This document shows, piece by piece, positions 36,784 through 48,957 of a DNA stretch of 64,000 bases (position 1 is the first letter of the stretch; every line of letters begins with the position of its first letter). Location of the stretch: positions 30,876,001 to 30,940,000 of the forward strand of contig NC_043013.1 in NCBI RefSeq assembly GCF_006345805.1, written 5' to 3'. The notes below the pieces were generated by a model that was not told where the DNA came from, did no database searches, and worked only from the letters and a program-made list of their open reading frames with translations. The DNA comes from Octopus sinensis. Taxonomy: Eukaryota. The position numbers were made by a program, and so were the translations under genes.

Positions 36784-39731
36784 ACATCAGAGGACTGCAA
36801 ACACTCAGTAACAGGACAAAGATCCCGTTCCTGAGAGACTTTGTTGCATGCAATCAAGCCTTATGCATAGCACTTACAGAAACGCACCTGAAACCGGACA
36901 TAGCAGATGCGGAGTTACACATACCACAGTATGCTGTACTACGGACCGACAGGAAAGAAAGGAGTCATGGAGGTGTTGCTATGTACATCCGTGAGGACCT
37001 CACACCCCAGGTCCTCTTGTCATACTCAAACTCGGTGTGTGACACACTAATTGTACATATCAGGCAACTTGATGTAGTTGTGTGTGCTACATATCGCCCT
37101 CCAGATGCCCCAAGACATGTGGGCAAGTTTGAAGACTGCCTTATAAAAATAGAAGAAATTCTAACCACATTAGAACAACACATAGGTGTGCTTCTTATGG
37201 GAGACTTCAATCTGCCCAATGTCAGATGGCCCGAGGGCCTTTCTCTCCCAGGAATGACAAGATGTGAACGAGGACAGGCGAGGTCCCTCCTGAACCTCAT
37301 CAACACCCTGTACATGGAGCAGGTAATACTCCAACCAACCAGGGCAGGAAACACACTGGATCTCTGCTTCACAAATGACATGGATCTCATCCATAATGTG
37401 AAAGTGACACCGACACTACTCTCGGATCACAACATGATAGAGCTGACCATGTACGGGCCAAAAGAGAGCACGGACATGCAGCTTACAAGAAACCCTCAAA
37501 ATCTTTCCAGCTTGAACTACCATAAGGCAAACTGGAAACAAATTGAGAAAGAGATCCTCAAACAAAACTGGCCTAAATGTCTCTCCTCGCCAGACATCGA
37601 CGTGAAACTTCAACAATTCATGTCTGTAATGCAAGCCATATGCTACAAATGTGTCCCAGAGAGAAAGGCCACTGTACACAAGAACAAAATCCCCAGAGAG
37701 AGGAAAATTTTAATGAGACGGCGTACGAAATTTTCAAATCGCCTAAACAAACAGATTGAAAGCAGTGAAAAGTCCCGCCTAAAAATGAAACTGTTGGAAA
37801 TCGAAAAATGTCTGCAACTCTCCCATGAAAAAGAAAGAGCAGACAGAGAAGCCTGGGCTATAGAAAACATAAAATCTAACCCCAGAGCTTTCTACAGGTA
37901 TGCCAAAGAAACAGCTACAGTGCACTGTAGAATAGGGCCACTCCTCGAAAAGGATGGCACACTTACAGGAAAACCAATGAGGGTAAGTGAAATACTGAAT
38001 GAGCAATTCAAGAGTGTTTTCACTCCACCCCTTGGGCATCTCCAAATCACCAATCCAACTGACTTTTTTAACACTGCAGATATAAAATCAGAGGCGGCGA
38101 CGATAGATTACATCGATATAAAGGAAGAAGATGTAACCAAGGCTATAGATGAAATGAAAACAGACTCAGCTACTGGCCCCGATGGATTCCCGGCAATCCT
38201 CCTAAAAGCATGTAAGAGAGTCCTAGCAAGACCACTGCAGTTCCTCTTTCAGAGCTTCCTTGCAGCTGGCAAACTTCCAGGAAAACTGAAGGAAGGTAAA
38301 ATATGCCCCATTCATAAAGGAGGTAGCAGAGCGGAAGCCAAGAACTATAGACCTATCTCTCTGACCTCACACATCAGCAAGGTCATGGAACGAATAGTCA
38401 GAAGGAAGCTGATCACCTTCCTTGAAGAGAATGACTTGCTGCCCGACACCCAACATGGTTTCCGACCAGGGAGAAGCTGTTTAACTCAGCTCCTACAACA
38501 CTATGACTGGGTGCTGAAACGGCTGCTCAACCACTCAAATGTGGAAGTGATATATCTCGACTTTGCAAAGGCCTTTGATAAAGTCGATCATGGAATGATA
38601 TGTCACAAACTGCGTGATCTCAACATAGTTGGAAAACTGGGAGAATGGCTTCATGACTTTCTGAAGGATAGATGTCAGGTGGTAGTAGCCAATGGGGCCA
38701 CCTCCATTAACACACAAATAGTGAGCGGTGTTCCGCAGGGCACTGTTCTGGGACCACTACTGTTCATAATGGCCCTCTCAGACATGCCCTCAGCCACGCA
38801 GAGAGCCACGATCACAAGTTATGCAGATGATACAAAAGTTTCACAGGCAATACAGAACCCTGAGGACACTAAACACCTGCAATGTGAGCTGGACGAAATA
38901 TACAAGTGGGCTGAAAAGAATAGCATGCAGTTCAATGCTGGAAAGTTTCAAGCTTTATACTATCAGCATGCAAAACTGAATGCAATACCCAATGAATACA
39001 CTGGACCCGGAGGGATTGCAATCCCAGAGGCACAATCAGTGCGTGACCTGGGTATTCACATGAGTGATGACGCGACCTTTCATGTACATGTTGCTAAACT
39101 GACACTGAAATGTAGACGGCTGGCTGGATGGATTCTTAGAACCTTTAGAACAAGAGAACAAGAAACCATGATGGTCCTCTGGAAGACACTTGTCCTAAGC
39201 CACTTTGACTATTGCTCTCAGCTATGGTCACCATCCAGTGTCAAGTTGATCACAGAACTTGAGGCGACCCAACGAAGCTACACAAAGAAGATAGCCTCTA
39301 TGCAGAATGTAAGCTACTGGGAAAGACTCAAGAGATTAAAATTATATTCCCTGGAGCGTAGGCGGGAAAGATATGCCATAATATACATCTGGAAGATCCT
39401 GGAGGGAAGTGTCCTGAACTTTGGCATCGAGAGTTACGCAAATGCCAGAACTGGGGGCCACTGCGTGGTGCCTAGGACTCCAAACCTGCCATCAAGATGT
39501 AGGACAAGATTCTGTGATAGCCTGGGCTTCCGAGGCCCACAGCTCTTCAATATCCTCCCGAAGAACCTGAGAGACCTGCATGGGGTGGATACAGATGTCT
39601 TTAAAATGAAGCTGGATCTCTTCCTGTCAGGTGTCCCAGATGAACCAACTTCACGGCAGGAGGGGCAGATGAGGGCAGCTGCATCGAACTCTCTCATGCA
39701 CCAAATAGCAGTTGCTAGAAAGCCTCCATGA
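36627..39731 (+). CDS. LINE ORF2: apurinic-type endonuclease plus reverse transcriptase, uninterrupted (likely start ATG 36735)
   Basis: APE motifs LNIRGL, TETHL, GDFNLP, DLCF, SDHN. RT motifs YRPISL, QHGF, YLDFAKAFDKV, SGVPQGTVLGP, YADD, DLGI. CR1-type C-terminus LERRRERY. Confidence 0.95.
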   Translation: MHGTKDCTAADLASSNPSPQVGLPTIYQTTTANRHRMDTAGNNVHLTSILLLNIRGLQTLSNRTKIPFLRDFVACNQALCIALTETHLKPDIADAELHIPQYAVLRTDRKERSHGGVAMYIREDLTPQVLLSYSNSVCDTLIVHIRQLDVVVCATYRPPDAPRHVGKFEDCLIKIEEILTTLEQHIGVLLMGDFNLPNVRWPEGLSLPGMTRCERGQARSLLNLINTLYMEQVILQPTRAGNTLDLCFTNDMDLIHNVKVTPTLLSDHNMIELTMYGPKESTDMQLTRNPQNLSSLNYHKANWKQIEKEILKQNWPKCLSSPDIDVKLQQFMSVMQAICYKCVPERKATVHKNKIPRERKILMRRRTKFSNRLNKQIESSEKSRLKMKLLEIEKCLQLSHEKERADREAWAIENIKSNPRAFYRYAKETATVHCRIGPLLEKDGTLTGKPMRVSEILNEQFKSVFTPPLGHLQITNPTDFFNTADIKSEAATIDYIDIKEEDVTKAIDEMKTDSATGPDGFPAILLKACKRVLARPLQFLFQSFLAAGKLPGKLKEGKICPIHKGGSRAEAKNYRPISLTSHISKVMERIVRRKLITFLEENDLLPDTQHGFRPGRSCLTQLLQHYDWVLKRLLNHSNVEVIYLDFAKAFDKVDHGMICHKLRDLNIVGKLGEWLHDFLKDRCQVVVANGATSINTQIVSGVPQGTVLGPLLFIMALSDMPSATQRATITSYADDTKVSQAIQNPEDTKHLQCELDEIYKWAEKNSMQFNAGKFQALYYQHAKLNAIPNEYTGPGGIAIPEAQSVRDLGIHMSDDATFHVHVAKLTLKCRRLAGWILRTFRTREQETMMVLWKTLVLSHFDYCSQLWSPSSVKLITELEATQRSYTKKIASMQNVSYWERLKRLKLYSLERRRERYAIIYIWKILEGSVLNFGIESYANARTGGHCVVPRTPNLPSRCRTRFCDSLGFRGPQLFNILPKNLRDLHGVDTDVFKMKLDLFLSGVPDEPTSRQEGQMRAAASNSLMHQIAVARKPP

Positions 39732-39850
39732 AGTGAAACCAAGTAGCAACACCAAATGGCGGTGCCCCAGCATGGCCACAGCTCATAAGCTGAAACTAGA
39801 ATCAATCAATCAATCAATCAATCAATCATATTAAATATATATATATAAAC

Positions 39851-39881
<31 letters not shown>

Positions 39882-39901
39882 ATATACGTATATATATATA
39901 T

Positions 39902-39947
<46 letters not shown>

Positions 39948-39957
39948 TATATATATG

Positions 39958-40095
39958 TTTATTTTATAGAAGGAGCTTCTACAGGACTAGAACTGTTTCA
40001 TTCAAAAGAAATCATCAGGAAGCTCAGGAGCTTCCTGATGATTCCTTTTGAATGAAACTGTTCTAGTCCTGTAGAAGCTCCTTCTATAAAATAAA
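39958..40095. mobile_element. 138 bp near-perfect palindrome with hammerhead-core-like motifs (probable Penelope-like terminal repeat fragment)
   Basis: 68 bp arms with 2 mismatches and an AG spacer. CTGATGA 40035-40041, GAAAC 40054-40058, GTC 40066-40068. Confidence 0.6.
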
Positions 40096-40160
40096 TTAAT
40101 TTACTCTGCTATGTATTGAGTACCATATTTACTGTGGTTAACCCCGACTCAACCGGGACC

Positions 40161-40234
<74 letters not shown>

Positions 40235-40391
40235 TATATATATAGGTATAAGTTAGAGGTGTTTATAGCCTCTAAGGGTTTGATGTATCCAAAGGCACTC
40301 CTGGAAATTACCTCAGCAGGTATAGTCCTTGGTAAGAAGTATACGGTAGTAGGTAATTTAGCTAGTAAACTGTAGTTTAATTTATATAAAG

Positions 40392-40525
40392 GAGAAAAAT
40401 GGAGGAAAAATAACAATAGGAAGGGTGTCTTTTGCGCGCTAGGAGTCCATTATTTAATTAGCTAATTAAATAATAGATTCCTAGCGCAAAAGACGCCATT
40501 CTTATTATTTTTCTTCCATTTTCTT
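40392..40525. repeat. Imperfect palindrome of about 130 bp
   Basis: Centred on attatttaattag|ctaattaaataat (40461/40462); gtcttttgcgc pairs with gcgcaaaagac. Confidence 0.75.
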
Positions 40526-41212
40526 ATCGTCTCTCTGTCTTTCTCTCTCACTCCCTCTCTCTCCATCTCTCTCTCCCTCTCTCTCCCTCTCTCTCCCTCT
40601 CTCTCCCTCTCCCTCTCTCCCTCTCTCTCTAAATATATATATATATATATATTAACTTGTACATGCTGTTAATCTACCGTAAATACGCAGGTGCACCTGT
40701 GTCTAAATACTGAGCACCTATTTTCCATCTTCTACCTGTTTGACATTTAACTGATTATAACTAGCTAAATGATATAGACGCTATTATGTCATCACGAAGA
40801 ACACAACTGAACTGCAATTGCTCATTGCGAAACCCATAATTACTTGTTTAAGTACTTAGGAAATTAGGTTACATAAATGAAACGTTTATATATTTTTTAT
40901 GAAAACCTATGGGCATAACGAATCTATTAGAAAGCATGCACTGCATGACGTGTAAATGTATGCGGAAATATTACACTACTTGCTTTATTCTTAGTATTCT
41001 TAGTATAGCCGCGACTCGGATTCTTTGAGAAATTTTCTCATAGACATTCATGATCATAACTGGATATCAATACATCCCTTAAGTTGAGGCCAATAATAGT
41101 TAGCTTTAATACAGAAATAAATAATCCACCAATGCAATGCTGAACACTCCTTCTCACTGTTCGATATTTACATATTCACACTCACACATACACACACACA
41201 CACACACATATG

Positions 41213-41438
41213 CAGGGTTGGCCAAAAGTCACCCGGCATTAAATCAAAATTCTATGAATACTTACTATTCAGTTTTATTTATTCATTCCAATTATGAATG
41301 TTTACAAGAAAGGCTCCAGTTTGAGCAACGTTCATGATGTTTCATTTTAGACGCTTTTACAAAATTCATTTAGCTGTTAAACGTAAAAAAATCTTGGAAT
41401 TAAACGGTCTTGGTTTACTGTCAGGGGACTTTTAGCCA

Positions 41439-41444
<6 letters not shown>
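41213..41444. mobile_element. Tc1/mariner-type MITE (about 230 bp)
   Basis: TIRs cagggttggccaaaagtcacc / ggggacttttagccaaccct, in TA-rich flanks. Confidence 0.8.
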
Positions 41445-41483
<39 letters not shown>

Positions 41484-41485
41484 TT

Positions 41486-42285
41486 TTTCTGGTTAATTCC
41501 GTAATGGAATCGACGGCTTATATTTATTTGCTGCCGATAAATTTGGCGCGAGTGCGACGATTTGAAAATTTTAGGTCAGATATTACCTTGGCAGGGTCGG
41601 AAATGCCTCGTGAAAATATCTGTTCCGACTTGGCTATTTCTTGCCAAGAAATTACAGGGTAAATGTTTTTTAAATTTTCTCCTGTTTACGGAATTAATCT
41701 TTATTTGCGGTTGAAGCTTTGGCTGTTATTTCTAGTGGGTGAATGGCCTATCATGGCCGTTCCTTGATTGTTGATGTTGAACTTAAAAATGGTCTATGAC
41801 TATTTAATTTTTTCCCACTAGGCCGCTGGTGGCAAAAAGAATTCTACAAAATTTTTTTTGCCACCCTATATTGATTAATTATGAATTTTCTGGTTAATTC
41901 CGTAATGGAATCGACGGCTTATATTTATTTGCTGCCGATAAATTTGGCGCGAGTGCGACGATTTGAAAATTTTAGGTCAGATATTACCTTGGCAGGGTCG
42001 GAAATGCCTCGTGAAAATATCTGTTCCGACTTGGCTATTTCTTGCCAAGAAATTACAGGGTAAATGTTTTTTAAATTTTCTCCTGTTTACGGAATTAATC
42101 TTTATTTGCGGTTGAAGCTTTGGCTGTTATTTCTAGTGGGTGAATGGCCTATCATGGCCGTTCCTTGATTGTTGATGTTGAACTTAAAAATGGTCTATGA
42201 CTATTTAATTTTTTCCCACTAGGCCGCTGGTGGCAAAAAGAATTCTACAAAATTTTTTTGCCACCCTATATTGATTAATTATGAA
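41486..42285 (-). repeat. Head-to-tail dimer of a 400 bp unit next to a poly(T) run
   Basis: The two copies are identical apart from one T in a homopolymer (period 401). T14 at 41475-41488; flanked by (TA)n. Strand inferred only from the poly(T). Confidence 0.85.
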
Positions 42286-42294
42286 TATATATAT

Positions 42295-42328
<34 letters not shown>

Positions 42329-42331
42329 GAT

Positions 42332-42411
<80 letters not shown>

Positions 42412-43569
42412 GTAGGTATATATTATAGCTACATATGTAAATAAATATGTACGAAATACGGGAGAAACGTACAAGAAATATGGTTGTGACCATGAGAGGG
42501 GAAAATATTTTCTAGAGAACAGGTAAAAGTAGAAATTTTTATCGGATAAATGATATATATATATATATATATAATATACATTCCATTGATGTGATTTCAC
42601 CGGATTTGTTATAAATTTATGGTTTAAGTGCAGTGAAACACTAATGATCACGTTGTATAACTTGGGACACAAAAGTAGGTCAACAACTCACCTTACAACA
42701 TGTTTTACTTTCTCCTGACTAAGCTCAAAGTAAAAAATACTGAAGCGGAAGATTTCCTTTCAAAGACTTGGTTTGATAACTTTAGTAAGAACATTAGTTA
42801 TTCAAATGGATTAATATAATTTCCATCTAGATGTGAAAAGTAATAACATTTGGACTGATTGAGTGATTCTTGTTCATTTTTTTAACGTTAATCTCATATA
42901 CTCAACATGAACTAGAACGTCCAAATGCCGTTTTGTTTCTTTTCGTACAAATGATATCATGTAATAGCTTGACAGAATATCATCAAAAGAGAAATATTTT
43001 CAACACGTCGTAGCATTTTCCTTTGATGTTGGAATGTTTTACTGCTAGAAGCTCTCTTTCTCTTGTTGTTTTAATCTAGATATGCATTCCATTTCATTCA
43101 CGTTTCGTACTTGATTTTTATGTGGCTCTTTTATGGTAATGCGCTGCAAAACATATTATCAAAGATGGCATAAACATACATATTATGATGTTACTCTTCC
43201 TAAGAAATTGAAGATAATTAGCTAGATTGCCAACGAAATGAATATATTTTCCTTTATAGATTTATATTGCCTGTATTGCTACAGGGAAAAAGAAAAAAGC
43301 GTTTTCCCAACGAAAGTTTCTATTTCCCAAGCTCTTCCTTCATTCAGTTTTCATAAACCACATGTACAATATCTTCGTAAACATATTCATTTATGAAGGT
43401 GCACCGCCATATCTGTTACTCATCATCATTGGTTTTGATAAAATTCCAATGCAGTAATTACTACGCCCTCTCTAACCTCATATAAAAGTATCTTAGTGAC
43501 GAATAGAACTAAATTAGAAATTAAACTGACATAATACAGTTGAATTTTCCCCAAAACGTAGTATATCTT

Positions 43570-43696
<127 letters not shown>

Positions 43697-43700
43697 CATA

Positions 43701-43749
<49 letters not shown>

Positions 43750-44087
43750 TATATATATATACATATATATATACAGTAACACCTCGATATACGAGTTATT
43801 TTCTTCTCGTTCATAAAGCGGAAACGCTTAAAGCAGAGCAATGATTTCCCATAATAACAATGACATTTTATGTCGTTATTTTACTCTGTTGCAGCATAGA
43901 TGTATCAGAGCCAGCGTTGTTACATTTTGCATCGTTGCTTCACACACAAAATGGCTATATAACCTGCTTATATTTAGTTTATATTTATTATAAAAAAAGA
44001 ACGCGTAAACCCAGGATCTCGTAAAGTGAAGTATTACTATATATATACATATGCATACATATAGATATTTACACGCACATATATATG

Positions 44088-44124
<37 letters not shown>

Positions 44125-44129
<5 letters not shown>

Positions 44130-44434
44130 CGTCACCGTGACCGACCAGGCCATCAGATGTTGTTACACATCGCTGGTCACAATGCGCTTCGCATTGTTTT
44201 AGCCTTCAAATGACGCCAACCCGCTGGCTAAGCAACCGGGACAACAGAAGAAAGAGTGAGAGAAAGTTGTGGCGAAAGAGTACAGCAGGGATCGCCAACA
44301 CCCCCTGCCGAAGCCTCGTGGAGCTTTAGGTGTTTTCGGTCAATAAACACTCACAACGCCCGGTCTGGTAATCGAAACCGCGATCCTACGACCGCGAGTC
44401 CGCTGCCCTAACCACTAGACCGCCATTGCACCTC

Positions 44435-44437
<3 letters not shown>
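44125..44437 (-). mobile_element. SINE-D (tRNA-derived), tail type 1
   Basis: Minus-strand head gtggaggtgcaatggcggtctagtggttagggcagcggactc...ggtttcgattacc (A and B boxes). Ends cacggtgacggtgat. Confidence 0.85.
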
Positions 44438-44475
<38 letters not shown>

Positions 44476-47400
44476 GTCCATTGCTGGACAAAACGTCAAC
44501 TATCCTGGAATTTCTTTCATAATACACATAAAATTAATGTTACTGAAGGAGACACGTTAACCGTGTCTATTTCAGGTGTGTTTCGCAATCCTTAATAAGG
44601 TGGTGTGCATCAACTAATAAAGCACACAAATACCTTTAAGATAGGAAGCGAATATAATACAAAATTTGGAATTGTGGTCTAATTCTATATATCCATGTAA
44701 TATGCTTTGGTAATTGCTTTGAAGCAATTTACAGCAGATTGAAGTACAAGATAATGATTATAAAAGGAAACAGAAACATCTGATAAAAGAAAATATATTT
44801 GAAAATTTACGTCATTTTAAGATACTTATTCCCGAGGAAATGTATTGCGTACATATTATTGCAGCTGGTAAGAGGAACATCAGCCGATAATGTAATAGAA
44901 TAAAGTTGCATTCCTGCATCTATTGGTAAATATACTTTTGAAATGAATGCAAATTCATGTAGGAAGATTCAGGAAACAAATGTTGGGAATAAAAACAGTA
45001 AAATGATTTTATGACTAAAGATCAAGTCATACGATCACACCTACATACGCTCACATACATATATGCACTCATACATATACATGTGTGTGTGTCAATATAT
45101 TTACTCTTCTATGCATTTATATATGTGCGCATGTATGCAAATTTAATTTAGCAACCAACTTCTATAAAGTCTGCATTCAGATTCGATTTTTAATTAATAA
45201 AACTTTATAAGAAACTTATAGATATTATTAATGTAACTAGATATTATTAATGACATATCGATTGAAAAGTACATAAATTGACTCATCAATTTTTCTGCAT
45301 TATATATGAATAAATGTGTGTAATCTTCGCGGAAATAATGTAAACAATCCCAGGGCTGAGAAGATATTTGCTTTCATTTATGTTACTAATGTTCTGAGTA
45401 AGCATTATTTTCATCAATGGCTTCTTTTTTCGTTTAATTTATTTTGTGCTTTGGCTAAAATGAAAGATTGATTTGACAACACAATTTATTATCTATTAAT
45501 TTTGTGTAAATATTTGCTTATTTCAATTCAACATATGCATTCAGCCACTCTCCTCACCAGTTTGGCTAATAAATTTATTTTGCATTGAAAGAACAGATTT
45601 AAAAATTTCATGCTCGATGGAAGCCAAAGCAGCGATGAGACTAAGTCATATTCAGGAATAATTAAGCAGGTTCGCGCAACAACCGTACAGTTGATATATC
45701 AAATACCAGCCATGGTTCCAAGGAAGTTTAAAATCTATAATCCTGGTTCTTCAGTTACTTATCGATACGCATTTGATTTTTAAACCGTATTATATAGCTA
45801 TAATACAACCAATATTATTCATTCTCATAATTATTAATGGAACCTAAGTATCAGTCTCCTTTAAGCTGTTTCACCTTCAGTGGACAGCAATGCTGTTAAG
45901 TGTAGAATATTGTAAAAAGTTATATCTCATATTTGTAAACAAATTTATGTGTCATAGCAGGACACAACGCAGTGGTTTATATTCACACTGCCTATGTGCC
46001 GAATGACGAAGAGAGTTAATATTTTAATCGCCACTAGTGATAACGTCTAACACCTAAAGGATGAAAATAGTTGAGGAGAATATCTATTCTTGTCTCTGGA
46101 TCTACAAAATTCAGTCCAATTCCCAGCCTTTTCATTAATATTTTCAAATTGTAAATAACAGATAATTAAAAAAAAATTAAATCTTTTATTATCATCTAGG
46201 AATTTATTTAGATGTGAGAAAAGCAGTTTATATCATCTCTATATCATCTCTATATATGGTCTCAATATTCAGTATTTACTCTATTTTATAAGTGCATGAT
46301 ATCCTTGGGTAATCGTTTTATTTTGTAATGTGCCTCTTTGCATACGCATATATATTTTTGGTCTTCATTGATTTTGTATAAACAAAATAAAAATGCCCCG
46401 CTGATGAAATCCAACTGAAGCGAAGCAATCTCCACATCTGTCGTTGTACTGAAGGGCAGACTATTATTCTCCGTACCACAATCCCTAATATTATTAATTC
46501 TTAATACATAACTGCTGGTCTAGCGCATCAATGTTTTTCAAGTCGGCGTCCTGTAATTTTGCTTCGTATCATACATAACTAATAACGAAATGCGTAAGAC
46601 TATCCGAATAAAATGCCGCAGGCAACAGAAATTTATGTAGGTTGTAAGTGAACAAAGCCCGAAATAGTTAGGCAATTACGTGTCCATTAACACAGATGAA
46701 TGTAAATACCAAATAGTAGTATGACTCATAATTAGTTCTAAACAGCAGTAAACTGTAACTACATCAAGTGCTGAGATAAGTTTGATGTTGAATGTTATGT
46801 AATGGAGACAATATATAATCCACGCGTCTCGGACCAAAGGAAGTACGGTGAAACAATAAACAAAATTTGCCCTAAGAATAATTCGACCAATGGGCTACAC
46901 ATTTAGATAGATATATTAATATCTACTTGTGACTGGAGAATATAATGTATCGATTCAGTAGGTTATGAAACATTTACTTTCGAGGGGATACATTCGATAA
47001 TGATTGCTTCTGTTAATGCCCTTCCAATACATTTATCGACCATGCACTATTGAAACCGGTGGTGATTTCTGTGCTACTTGATCTCAGGAATAAAGATACG
47101 ACTAAATACGAAGCTTTTGCAGACGAACTTGAGTTGCATCTATTGATAACATATATCAATGACAAACAAAGGCTTTATTGATGTTGTTCCAATTAGTTAT
47201 CAAAATACTATCTTTGGTTCATTTCACTGAATATCTACCCAACAGAAAACACCTGAAACTCTTCCTTTGATGTTAATGACATTAACAGAAGAGATATTAA
47301 TTAACATTTAAATATTAAACGTGTTTCTAAAATATCCTATGTATTATCCGTATCACTGAAATTGTTCTCGATTCTATAGTTTTATTTAATGTAATGTAGA

Positions 47401-47902
47401 TATTTGATTAATTACAGATGAGTATTGTAAAATAGTTAATTGAATTGCTTGTTATTAGTTTTTGAGTGATTGCCGTGAATGATCTTCCTGCACAAAAGAA
47501 TTTTCTAAATGTTCCTGTGATGAGAAGTCAACAATGACCATGTTTAATTTAATTTGATTTCGTGTATATTTGCATTGATACATACATATATATTGATACA
47601 TACATATATATATACATGAGTCTGCGTGTGCGTTCTATATACAGGCACATACGCACACATTCAAACACACAGACACATACATACACACACACGTACACAG
47701 ATATATATATATATATATATGCACATATATCTATATATGCATATATATACAAGTGTGAGTACATATGTATATATACATATATATAAATATATATGCATAT
47801 ATAAATACATATATATATATATGTTTATATGTATATATGTGTGTGTATGTATATATGTATATATGTATATATGTATGTATGAATATATATATATATATTG
47901 TA

Positions 47903-47942
<40 letters not shown>

Positions 47943-48957
47943 TTTCCTTCGAGATGCCATGAATACGAAATGGTTGTTAAAAGTAAATATGCAAATATGC
48001 ATACGACGAATCTCGAAAGTCATCGACTCTGGGCCTAAGAAATCTTACACATACCTTCTCATCTGGCCTTACAATCATCAAATTACAAAATACCAAATGT
48101 CAAATTATCAAATCCATTAACATGCAGGTGCTAAAGCACGACACCAAGGAACGAATGGCCCAAATACTGCTGCTTTTTTTACGTCCATACGTGCACCATT
48201 TGTTACACGTATACGTAACAGCGTGGGATGTCTTCCTGTTTGGGGAATCATTCGTTTTCAATGAAGAATTGTTACTAATATCCAATATGTGATGTAATTT
48301 TCATAGTCTGTTCTTAATTTAATGCGTCATTTTCTAAACGCTGTTGAAAGTAATAAATTAAATTGAAAATAATGATGAATATTTTCATCTGCAGAAATAT
48401 GCGACTTGTTGTTATATTTGATTTATTTTTCTTTTGCTATTCACTCCATGTTCAGTGTCAAAATAGTTGATTCAATGATTCATATATTTCACTTCGAACA
48501 TATCAATCTCCATTGTCAAAGGAAAAGAAATATTTCAGTGTGCAATCTGTCGCTAAGCTATGTCAGATGATTATGTAAGTGAAATAAAGACTAATAAGCG
48601 TTTGCTAAATATTGATCTAAACAAAGCCAAAAAAAAACGAAACTTTTTGGACGCATGAGCTAAACGGATACCACAAGGAAAATCCATGTGATTAAGCATA
48701 AGATTATTGAAGTTCTATGACTAAATACGGAAGCAAAGGAAAGGAAATGAAGATGATTGAACAAACTTTTACTGCATCGTGTTCTCTAGTGGATCTAACC
48801 AAAATATTTCTTCATTTTCAATATTAAACTGTACGTGTGAGAAGAGGATCACTGATATAGCAAATTGGCTTCGGGAATCATGCTTTACTACAATTATTTG
48901 CTATTTTTGTTTTAAACTCAAGGCATGGTGTTGTCATTTGTAGACTTTTCCACAATA

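Larger units (their letters stand above)
34815..39828 (+). mobile_element. Near full-length CR1-group LINE (5' end uncertain, possibly as far upstream as about 34521)
   Basis: Tandem-repeat leader, ORF1, overlapping ORF2 (APE plus RT), short 3' UTR and (AATC)n tail at 39800-39828. Confidence 0.9.

Noticed and set aside
36133-39805. Numerous antisense or alternate-frame ORFs overlapping the LINE
   Set aside because: These are shadows of the LINE coding strand. Substitution patterns between copies favour the ORF1 and ORF2 frames.
41577-41648. HDV-like ribozyme assignment for the pseudoknot in the 400 bp unit
   Set aside because: The P1/P2 crossing is possible, but P3/L3 geometry and the J4/2 catalytic strand do not fit. 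Kept only as an unclassified structure.
44330-44437. tRNA gene candidates at SINE heads
   Set aside because: They have A/B boxes but no complete cloverleaf and continue into SINE bodies, so they are tRNA-derived repeats rather than tRNA genes.
46394-46458. Box C/D snoRNA-like pattern (tgccc...cTGATGA...CTGA...gggca)
   Set aside because: Box C lacks the 5' purine, the pair closing the kink-turn is a mismatch, and I recognised no rRNA or snRNA complement in the guide.
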